A DNA stretch of 64,000 nt. It comes from Thermoanaerobaculia bacterium. Lineage in GTDB: Bacteria > Acidobacteriota > Thermoanaerobaculia > Multivoradales > Multivoraceae. The translations under genes were made by a program, and so were the position numbers. The stretch spans positions 1,666,499 to 1,730,498 of the forward strand of contig OZ246956.1 in assembly GCA_965232105.1 (NCBI GenBank). Reading direction: 5' to 3'. The notes below the pieces were generated by a model. That model worked only from the letters and a program-made list of their open reading frames with translations, made no database searches and had not been told where the DNA came from. Below are positions 56,779 through 64,000 of this stretch, piece by piece. The first letter of the stretch is position 1. Each line of letters opens with the position of its first letter.

Positions 56779-58535
56779 GGCTGAACGGTCTCGACTGGGC
56801 CGTCCTCGCCGCGTACGGCGCGCTCGCCCTTGCAGTCGGCCTCGTCTTCGCCCGGCGCGCGGGCTCCGGCACAGGCCAGTTCTTCCTCGCCGGTCGGAAC
56901 CTGCCGTGGTGGCTGCTCGGCACCTCCATGGTCGCCACGACGTTCTCGACCGACACGCCGAACCTGGTGACCGACCTGGTGCGGAACGGCGGCGTCTCCG
57001 GCAACTGGATGTGGTGGGCGTTCCTGATCACCGGGATGTGCACGACGTTCTTCTACGCGAAGCTCTGGCGGCGGTCGGGGGTGTTCACCGACATCGGCTT
57101 CTACGAACTCCGCTACTCCGGGCGGGCGGCGGTCTTCCTGCGCGGCTTCCGGGCGGTGTACCTGGGCGTGTTCTTCAACGTGATGATCATGGCGGCGGTG
57201 CTGCTCGCCGGGATCAAGATCGGCGGCGTCCTGCTCGGGGCCGACAAGTACACGACGGTGCTGGTCGCCGCGGCCGTCACCGCCGCCTACTCGGCGACCT
57301 CCGGCCTCTGGGGCGTCGTCGTCACGGACCTCATGCTGTTCGTCATCGCGATGGTGGGCTCCGTCGCCGCCGCCTGGTACGCGTTGGCGCACCCGGCGGT
57401 CGGCGGGCTCTCGGGCCTCGTCTCGAACCCGGACATCGCGTCGCGCCTTGCCCTGCTACCGGACTTTGCCGACTGGCAGACGGCCGCCACCGTCTTCCTG
57501 ATCCCGGTCGCCGTCCAGTGGTGGTCCACCTGGTATCCCGGAGCCGAACCGGGCGGCGGCGGCTACGCGGCCCAGCGCATGCTCGCGGCCAGGAGCGAGC
57601 GGGACTCGATGGGCGCGACGCTCTGGTTCAACATCGCCCACTACGCGCTCCGGCCGTGGCCGTGGATCCTGGTCGCGCTGGCTTCCCTGGTCGTCTATCC
57701 GACCCTGGACTCGATCGCCGCCGCCTTCCCGCACCTCGACCCGTCGATCATCCGGCACGACCTCGCCTACCCGGCGATGCTCGTCTTCCTGCCGCACGGC
57801 CTGCTCGGGCTGGTCGTTGCGTCCCTGGCGGCGGCGCTCATGTCGACGATCTCGACCCACCTCAACTGGGGCGCCTCCTACATCGTCGACGACGTGTATC
57901 GGCGGTTCATGCGGCCGGGCCGCGGTGAATCGCACTACGTCCTCGTCGCCCGGCTGTCGACGATCGGCCTCGTCGCGCTGGCAGCGGTGGTCGCGCTGTG
58001 GCTTGAGAACGCGATGCAGGCGTTCCAGATCCTGCTGCAGATCGGTGCCGGCACGGGCCTGATCTTCCTGCTGCGCTGGTTCTGGTGGCGGATCAACGCC
58101 TGGTCCGAGATTTCGGCGATGGTCGTCTCGTTCGGGGTCGCCGTGTGGTTCCAGTTCGTCCACGAAGGGCTTGGGCTGGCGCTGCCCTCGGCCGCGGCGC
58201 AGCTCCTGTTCGGCGTTGCTCTGACCACGGCGGTTTGGTTCAGTGTGACGATGGCGACCCGGCCGACGGAGACGGCGGTGCTGCAGTCGTTCTACGACCG
58301 CGTCCGCCCGTTCGCGCGGGGCTGGCGGCGAGTCGTCGAGACGCGGCCGGACGAGCCCGGCAGCGCCACGGCGGCGCTGCTCGCCTGGCTGTTCGGTTGC
58401 GTCGCGGTCTATGCGGCGCTGTTTGGGACTGGAATGGCTCTCTATGGTCGCGGGCTCGAGGCGGTCGCATTCGGCGCCGTGGCCCTGCTGGCGGGCTACG
58501 GCCTGTTCCGCCTCCTGCCCCGCACGACCGGGTAG
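56775..58535 (+). CDS. Sodium:solute symporter family (SSS/SLC5-like) transporter
   Basis: TTG start overlapping the upstream stop. About 13 predicted TMs. The N-terminal LDWAVLAAYGALALAVGLVFARR... and a GxxxxxxGG pattern are typical of the SSS family. Confidence 0.7.
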   Translation: MRLNGLDWAVLAAYGALALAVGLVFARRAGSGTGQFFLAGRNLPWWLLGTSMVATTFSTDTPNLVTDLVRNGGVSGNWMWWAFLITGMCTTFFYAKLWRRSGVFTDIGFYELRYSGRAAVFLRGFRAVYLGVFFNVMIMAAVLLAGIKIGGVLLGADKYTTVLVAAAVTAAYSATSGLWGVVVTDLMLFVIAMVGSVAAAWYALAHPAVGGLSGLVSNPDIASRLALLPDFADWQTAATVFLIPVAVQWWSTWYPGAEPGGGGYAAQRMLAARSERDSMGATLWFNIAHYALRPWPWILVALASLVVYPTLDSIAAAFPHLDPSIIRHDLAYPAMLVFLPHGLLGLVVASLAAALMSTISTHLNWGASYIVDDVYRRFMRPGRGESHYVLVARLSTIGLVALAAVVALWLENAMQAFQILLQIGAGTGLIFLLRWFWWRINAWSEISAMVVSFGVAVWFQFVHEGLGLALPSAAAQLLFGVALTTAVWFSVTMATRPTETAVLQSFYDRVRPFARGWRRVVETRPDEPGSATAALLAWLFGCVAVYAALFGTGMALYGRGLEAVAFGAVALLAGYGLFRLLPRTTG

Positions 58536-58590
58536 ACGCCAGTGTTGGCCGCGTACGGCCTTCGAAAACCGCCCTTCCTATACTGATCGC

Positions 58591-59505
58591 GTGTCCCTTC
58601 CGGCCGATCTGCTGCAGCGAGACGCGGAAGAGGCAGTGCGCCTGATCGCTCTCGATCTTGTCTCCCAGGCCCGCGCGGCCGCGCCGCGCAGCCTGGACCC
58701 GGAGGACGTGGAAGGCCTCCACGACTTCAGGGTCTCGATCCGGCGGCTTCGGAGCACCTTGAGCGCCTGGAAGGGGCTGCTCCGGGGCGTGGTGGAGAAG
58801 CGTGACCGGCGGACGCTCGCCGGGTTCCAGAAACGGACCGGCTCCAGCCGCGACGCCGAGGTGGCGCTCGAGTGGCTGGAGGGACAGGTCGATGAGTTGG
58901 AGCCGGAGCGCCAGCCTGGTTACGAGTGGGTCGAGGCGCGACTTCGCTCGGCAGCGGACGTGCCATCAGACGACGCGAACCGGGCGGTGTGTAGCGAGTT
59001 CGCGGAGTGGGCCGACGCCTTCGTGTCACGCATGGCCCACGGGGCGCCGGAACGAAGCGCTGGATCGCCGTACGCGGAAGCGCTGGCCGAGCGCCTGGAT
59101 CGGATCGCTCACAGGCTGGCGGCTCGCGTCGACGGCGTTGGCGATGACCGGAAACAGGGTCCGCACAGGGTGCGCATCGCCTGCAAGCGCCTCCGCTACC
59201 TGGTCGAACCGGTACGCGCGGAAAGCGAAGTCGCGGTCTCCCTGGTTGATCGCTGCAAGCGGCTCCAGGACGTGCTCGGCACTCTGAACGACGCGAACGT
59301 CCTCGACGATCTGCTGAAGGGCTACCTCGACGGCGAGTCGTCCGCGAGCGAGTCCGGAGTACTGGAGTTGCGCCGACTCAACGCGGCTCGGGCGGAGATC
59401 AGCTACCGGTCGTTTCGACTTGAGTGGTTGGAGGCCGGCGGTCTGCGGACGCTTCTGGATGAGGCCGCCGCCCTGGCGAGGCAACTTCGCGGCGCCTGGC
59501 TATAG
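58591..59505 (+). CDS. CHAD-domain protein
   Basis: Conserved His/Arg helices (HDFRVSIRRLRS, HRVRIACKRLRYLVE, LQDVLGTLNDANV) are characteristic of CHAD. The GTG start at 58591 lies downstream of the transporter stop. Confidence 0.6.
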   Translation: MSLPADLLQRDAEEAVRLIALDLVSQARAAAPRSLDPEDVEGLHDFRVSIRRLRSTLSAWKGLLRGVVEKRDRRTLAGFQKRTGSSRDAEVALEWLEGQVDELEPERQPGYEWVEARLRSAADVPSDDANRAVCSEFAEWADAFVSRMAHGAPERSAGSPYAEALAERLDRIAHRLAARVDGVGDDRKQGPHRVRIACKRLRYLVEPVRAESEVAVSLVDRCKRLQDVLGTLNDANVLDDLLKGYLDGESSASESGVLELRRLNAARAEISYRSFRLEWLEAGGLRTLLDEAAALARQLRGAWL

Positions 59506-59538
59506 CTAGCGCGGTAGACACAGTGCGCGTCGACATCG

Positions 59539-61419
59539 CTAGTCGCCCTCGCCCGGTACGTACCAGATCGGCGACGACCAGGCCCGCTCCTGGATCGTGG
59601 CCGGCAAGCCGGGCTTCGGCTGTACGCCCGCCCGGATCGCGTCCCAGGTGGACCAGCGGCAGGTCGGGTTCTGCAGAACGCGCACGTAATAGAAGGCGCG
59701 CTGGTTCGGGTCGAAGTCCGGGTCCTGCCATAGAGCCTCGAGTTCGGCCGCTCCCTGGCCGTCGTCGGTCGAGCAGGTGGCCAGATCCACGCTGGCGCCA
59801 TTGGCGGCGCAGCGGTGCGATGCTGCATCGACCGTCGACCCGGAGGAGCAGGCGACGTCGTAGACCTCTTCGTGGTTCGCGCCGTCCTCGGTCCATCCCT
59901 TGATGACCTGCAGGCGGTCCAGCGGCGCGGCGCTCGGATCCCTGACCGCCCAGACCAGGAAGCGGGGCGCGCGTCCGGTTCCGTTCGCCATCAGGTCGCC
60001 GCCCATCGCGACGCCTTCCCCGTAGGCCCTCGCGATGCCATCGTTGCCGGCCAGGGTCTCCTCATCGAGGTCGTACCCGGCAAAGAAGCGGACCCGCATG
60101 CGCGGGCCGGTCGTGGCGAAGGTCTCCTTTCGCTGGAAGGCGCGGAAGATGTCCTCGCGGGTGTTGGATTCGGCCCACACGGCTGCGAGGCCCGACGCTC
60201 CCCAGTACTGCCTGGTCGGGTCGTCGTACTCGCCGGTGTCCTCGCGCGGGACCGACCCGCGCTGCTCGGGCGTGATGTCGAGCAGCCCGGTCTTGCTCCA
60301 GTATTCGTCCTCCCGAAAGGACCCGGCGGCGTTGTGCGTGTCCGAGGAGCCGATCAGGCCGAAGCGAAACGGGTTGAAGCCCTGTTCTTCCTCCATGGCA
60401 AGGCCGCTGAGGTAGGCCTCGCGCACGTAGCTGCCCTGCGGTTGGCTCGGGTTGTCGCTGCCGATCGTGCGCTCCATGATCCCGAAGTCCGCCCACTCGT
60501 CGTTGGGGGAGAGCAGCGGGTGCGTGTCGGACGTGCCCTTGACCTGGGTCACCTCCACCAGCGGCTCGTTGCGCATTCGTTGTTCGGCGTAGGCACTGTC
60601 GAACGGGTTGCCGGCCCGATCGGTGAGCTGGAACATCCACCCGTCCGAACCGTTCGAGTTGTGGGGTATCGCCAGCGAGTCGATGCCCTGGGCGCGCTGC
60701 TCGTCCATCCAGTCCCACAGCAGCTCCGGGTTGTTCTTCGCGTCCAGCCGGCTGAACGGAATGCCGGGCACGTCCGAGTCCCGGAAGATGACGTTGCGAT
60801 GGAGGTTCTCGCCGCCCCGGCCTCCGGCGGTGAACTCGTAGCCGATGAAGGTCGTGAAGTTGCCGGGGTCGTTGTGCCTCTCGGCGGCCTCCACGATCTT
60901 CTGCCAGGCACTCCTGACGATGTCGAGATCGAGCAGGTCGTCGGGGTCAACGTAGCCCCGTTCGCGCGGCAGTATCTCCTGGAACACGGCGCTGCGATCC
61001 GCCGGCGTCGCGGCATCCCGCAGGGCGATCGAGAGGGCGTGCTGGCCGACCGAGGAGTCCGGGTTGTCCATCTCCTCGAACATGCCCAGGTAGGTGGCAT
61101 GGTCGGCAACCGCCAGGAAGTCGAGCGGCGCCTTCAGGCGCATTTCGATTCCGGCCGCGTGCGTGAGCGGTTCTCCCCTGGCGAACCGGTAGGCGTCGTC
61201 AGGATCGGCGCGAGTGCCGAAGATGTAGGCGTCGAAGGAGTACTTCGTGTGGACATGAACGTCGCCGAAGTAGGCGTTGCGTGTGGACCGGCTCTCGGCG
61301 GCTTCGGATGCCGCGGCCGCGTCGCCAGCTGAGTCCGTTCCGTCGGGATCGCCGCCGCAGGCGACGGCCAGAACGAGGAGAACGGTCAGCGGTGCGATCG
61401 GCTTTCGGGAACGCTTCAT
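59539..61419 (-). CDS. DUF3604-family lipoprotein (paralog of 29938-31872)
   Basis: Lipobox LAVAC. AYFGDVHVHTKYSFDA, FLAVADHATY, LAIPHNSNGSDG, ...FYYVRVLQNPTCRWSTWDA...[12 protein letters not shown]. Confidence 0.65.
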   Translation of the reverse strand: MKRSRKPIAPLTVLLVLAVACGGDPDGTDSAGDAAAASEAAESRSTRNAYFGDVHVHTKYSFDAYIFGTRADPDDAYRFARGEPLTHAAGIEMRLKAPLDFLAVADHATYLGMFEEMDNPDSSVGQHALSIALRDAATPADRSAVFQEILPRERGYVDPDDLLDLDIVRSAWQKIVEAAERHNDPGNFTTFIGYEFTAGGRGGENLHRNVIFRDSDVPGIPFSRLDAKNNPELLWDWMDEQRAQGIDSLAIPHNSNGSDGWMFQLTDRAGNPFDSAYAEQRMRNEPLVEVTQVKGTSDTHPLLSPNDEWADFGIMERTIGSDNPSQPQGSYVREAYLSGLAMEEEQGFNPFRFGLIGSSDTHNAAGSFREDEYWSKTGLLDITPEQRGSVPREDTGEYDDPTRQYWGASGLAAVWAESNTREDIFRAFQRKETFATTGPRMRVRFFAGYDLDEETLAGNDGIARAYGEGVAMGGDLMANGTGRAPRFLVWAVRDPSAAPLDRLQVIKGWTEDGANHEEVYDVACSSGSTVDAASHRCAANGASVDLATCSTDDGQGAAELEALWQDPDFDPNQRAFYYVRVLQNPTCRWSTWDAIRAGVQPKPGLPATIQERAWSSPIWYVPGEGD

Positions 61420-61569
61420 GGTGATCTCCCCATCAGTGGATGGATTCTGGGGTGGTCGCGGTGCATTTGATCGGGCTGCACCAAGGCCCTTATCTGGTCG
61501 AATGTGCTAGTCAAGACACCCTCTCAGCCGCTTTCCTGCGGCGGACCACTGTGACTTGGAGGAGTCGCC

Positions 61570-62586
61570 ATGTCAACGAAGCGGAGCGACTTACGCCGCG
61601 GATCGGCCGGCTACGCGTGTCTCGGAGCCTTTCTGCTCACCGCGCTCGGCACCTCGCCTCTCGCCGCCCAGGACCTCACCTGGCAGGAACTCCCGGACAT
61701 GCCGGCCGGCAAGTGGGAAGCCGCGACCACCGTGGTCGACGGCAAGTTCTACCTGTTCGCCGGCTACGAGGGCCCGGTCCGATCGAGCAAGCGGGTCGAC
61801 GTCTTTGACCCGGCGGACGGGAGCTGGACGCGGATCCAGGACATGCCGAGTGCGGTCTCCCACCTGAACGCGGTCCTCGACGGCCGCACGGTCTGGTTCG
61901 CCGGCGGTTTCAAGGACGGCTACAAGGGCCACACGATCGCCGAGGTCTGGAGCTACGACCTGGACCTGGACCGCTACACCGCGGCGCCGCTGCTGCCCGA
62001 GCCGCGGGCCGGCGGCGGACTGACGCTCGTCGGCCGCAAGCTGCACTACTTCGGCGGGCTCAAGGCCGACCGTGACACGGACTCAGGAGACCACTGGGTT
62101 CTCGACCTCGACGAATGGGCTGCCGGCTCGGCGGGCTGGCAGGACGCCGCACCCTTGCCCGACCCGCGCAACCAGTTCTCGGCCGTCGCGCTCGGCAGCC
62201 GGATCTACGCGATCGGTGGCCAGTACAACCACGACAGCCAGCAACTCGACCAGGCGCGGGTGGACATCTACGACGCGGAAACCGACTCCTGGAGCCGCGG
62301 CCCCGATCTGCCGAAGGGACACTCCCACGGCGAGGCGGGCACCTTCGTCCACGAAGGCCGGATCGTCATGGTCGGTGGCCACACGACCCCGGCCGGCGGC
62401 ACGAAGTCGATCGACCCGGACATCCTCGTGCTGGAGCCCGGCGGTGAGTGGGAGCTGCTCGGCAAGTTGCCGATGCCGCTGTCGTCGCCCGCCGCCGCGA
62501 TCATCCGCGGCAAGCTCTACGCCGCCGGCGGCTCGGCGACGGGCCGCGGCGCGCAGGCGAAGATGTGGGTGGCGGATCTGCCCTGA
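61570..62586 (+). CDS. Secreted Kelch-repeat beta-propeller protein
   Basis: Signal peptide. Six repeats of the hydrophobic-GG / (Y/F)xxGG...W pattern (e.g. KFYLFAGYEG, TVWFAGGFKDG, KLHYFGGLK, RIYAIGGQY, RIVMVGGHT, KLYAAGGSA). Confidence 0.65.
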   Translation: MSTKRSDLRRGSAGYACLGAFLLTALGTSPLAAQDLTWQELPDMPAGKWEAATTVVDGKFYLFAGYEGPVRSSKRVDVFDPADGSWTRIQDMPSAVSHLNAVLDGRTVWFAGGFKDGYKGHTIAEVWSYDLDLDRYTAAPLLPEPRAGGGLTLVGRKLHYFGGLKADRDTDSGDHWVLDLDEWAAGSAGWQDAAPLPDPRNQFSAVALGSRIYAIGGQYNHDSQQLDQARVDIYDAETDSWSRGPDLPKGHSHGEAGTFVHEGRIVMVGGHTTPAGGTKSIDPDILVLEPGGEWELLGKLPMPLSSPAAAIIRGKLYAAGGSATGRGAQAKMWVADLP

Positions 62587-62596
62587 GCGGTGGTGC

Positions 62597-62998
62597 TCAG
62601 ACTCCGCCGAGAACGATCGAGCCGACGCGGCCGATCTCTCGATAGTGGGCGTCGAAAGTCAGTACCGTCGCTCCGAAGCGGACCGCGGTGGCGGCAATCC
62701 AGATGTCGTTCGTGGGCAGCGGGCGACCCGCCGCTCGCAGTTCCGAGACGATCTCACCGTAGATTCGGGCGACTTCCTCGTCGACGGCCAGGACTTGCAC
62801 GACGGGTTGACGTAGAAACTCGTTGAGGTCGCCAAGGTTCTGATCGAACCGGGTTCCGACGCGAAACCCCGCATGCAGCTCGCCAACGACGATGCTCGGA
62901 ACGCCTATCCAGCGGGCCCGGTCGATCTGCTCGATGACCCGCGTTTCGCCGCGGCGGAAGTTGCTGTAGGCCGAGGTGTCGACACAGAGCCCCGTCAC
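62597..62998 (-). CDS. vapC: VapC-type PIN-domain toxin
   Basis: GTG start overlapping the antitoxin stop (GTGA). LCVDTSAY...VGELHAGF...TNDIWIAATAVRFGATVLTFDAHYREI is a classical VapC pattern. Confidence 0.75.
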   Translation of the reverse strand: MTGLCVDTSAYSNFRRGETRVIEQIDRARWIGVPSIVVGELHAGFRVGTRFDQNLGDLNEFLRQPVVQVLAVDEEVARIYGEIVSELRAAGRPLPTNDIWIAATAVRFGATVLTFDAHYREIGRVGSIVLGGV

Positions 62999-63246
62999 CT
63001 CCAGAGTTCCTCGTCGATCTCCCGGAAGGGCCGAACGGCTTCTTCGAACTCGCAGAATTCGTCCTCCGTCCACGTACCGGCCAGGCGGCGGAGTCCGTTG
63101 CTCCGTTCCGCCTCCTCCGAGACTCCGAGCGCCTCCTGCATCAGGGCAAGTACGGTCCGGTTGAGAGAGAGGCCCCGCCGGCTCTTCTCCTCCTGAAGGG
63201 CCTCTGCCAGGTCCGGCGACACGTTGCGGATCGTCATCGTCTTCAT
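62995..63246 (-). CDS. vapB: VapB/FitA-like RHH antitoxin
   Basis: A GAGAGGAAG RBS followed by ATG (MKTMTIRNVSPDLAEALQEEKSRRGLSLNRTVLALMQEALG). The ORF track offers an alternative upstream ATG at 63261. Confidence 0.55.
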   Translation of the reverse strand: MKTMTIRNVSPDLAEALQEEKSRRGLSLNRTVLALMQEALGVSEEAERSNGLRRLAGTWTEDEFCEFEEAVRPFREIDEELWR

Positions 63247-63360
63247 CGGGCTTCCTCTCAAGATGCAGTCAACAAGACGCAGTCTATGCAGTCAGTCTCT
63301 TGACTGCAATAGGCTCCAGCAGTGCTTGAGTCGACGGGTCGGGGCTGTGGGTGTGGGCGG

Positions 63361-64000
63361 CTACTCCGCTTCCAGAGCCCGCCGGGGGTCGGCGCGGGAG
63401 GCCCGGCGAGCCGGAAGGTACGAGGCCATCACGGCGACGGCCAGGAGCACTAGCGCTGCGGCTCCGAAGGCGAGCGGGTCGCGCGGACTGCGGCCATCGA
63501 AGAGCAGCGGCTCGACGAATCGGCCCGCCCACAGCGCGGCGAGCGTGCCGCCCACGACACCGGCCGCCGCCAGCCAGAAGCCTCGCGCGAGCACCATGCG
63601 CAGGAGGCGCGACGCCCTGGCGCCCAGCGCGCGCCGGATGCCGAACTCGAGTTCACGCTGCCGCACGCCGAAGGCGATGACCGCATAGAGCCCGATGGCG
63701 GCGAGCAGCGCCGCCAGGAGTGCCGCGGCGCTGAACAGTCCGGTACCGATGGTCCAGGTACGAATCCGCGGCGCAAACACGGTGGGGAGACTTCGGACGC
63801 TATGGCGTGGCAGGTCGGGGAACAGGTCCGCCAGGGCGAGGAGCGTTGGCTGCACTACTTGTCCGGGGTTCCCGCGAGTCCGCACGATCAACGTACGCAT
63901 GTTGTTGACGAAGCTGGCCTGAATGCCGTTCGACGAAGCCTGGGAGATCGGCAGGTAGTAGATCGCGGCGCGGTCGGTGTCCGACAGGCCCCTGTCGAGG
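63361..64000 (-). CDS. C-terminal part of a MacB/FtsX-family ABC transporter permease; the gene continues past the window end
   Basis: FtsX-domain signature VRQRELEFGIRRALGA with flanking TM helices. The reading frame stays open to the window end. Confidence 0.55.
   Translation of the reverse strand, partial: LDRGLSDTDRAAIYYLPISQASSNGIQASFVNNMRTLIVRTRGNPGQVVQPTLLALADLFPDLPRHSVRSLPTVFAPRIRTWTIGTGLFSAAALLAALLAAIGLYAVIAFGVRQRELEFGIRRALGARASRLLRMVLARGFWLAAAGVVGGTLAALWAGRFVEPLLFDGRSPRDPLAFGAAALVLLAVAVMASYLPARRASRADPRRALEAE

Overview
High-GC (roughly 65-70% by eye) bacterial chromosomal segment, dense in secreted, Tat-exported and membrane proteins. The phylum is not determinable from the sequence alone; a soil-type Acidobacteria/Gemmatimonadetes-like organism is my guess. 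All assignments below come from reading the supplied six-frame translations and DNA against remembered family motifs; no database search was run. Three accessory areas stand out. First, coordinates 5.1-15.4 kb form a defense island: a BrnT/BrnA toxin-antitoxin pair (type II toxin-antitoxin system), a truncated remnant of a DUF4238 gene, and a complete type I restriction-modification locus (hsdM, hsdS, hsdR) carrying two cargo cassettes of unknown genes plus a HEPN/nucleotidyltransferase pair whose nucleotidyltransferase is fused in-frame to hsdS. Second, coordinates 20.6-29.8 kb form a six-gene minus-strand operon. It encodes a fusion protein of a predicted DUF3604 metallohydrolase and a beta-propeller-like domain. 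It also encodes an RcnA-like His-loop metal efflux protein and a CPC-motif heavy-metal P-type ATPase fused at its C-terminus to an HflK-like SPFH (stomatin/prohibitin/flotillin/HflK/C membrane-scaffold) domain. The remaining genes are HflC carrying a His-rich N-terminus, HflK, and a small secreted protein. No FtsH gene is present. This is an unusual apparent pairing of an SPFH scaffold with a metal pump. Third, several rearrangement scars are visible: an IS256-family insertion sequence with inverted repeats and flanking direct repeats, a low-GC islet containing a decayed N4/N6 DNA methyltransferase lying between an intact DUF3604 gene and a displaced fragment of its 3' end, a partial duplication of a CadC-like winged-helix/TPR regulator flanking a lower-GC metzincin gene, and two families of GC-rich palindromic repeat elements, one copy of which adds 25 in-frame codons to an SDR gene. 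The rest is ordinary high-GC metabolism: short-chain dehydrogenases, a sulfotransferase, enolase-superfamily enzymes, a TonB-dependent receptor, a sodium:solute symporter, and toxin-antitoxin pairs. No rRNA, tRNA or CRISPR array was found.
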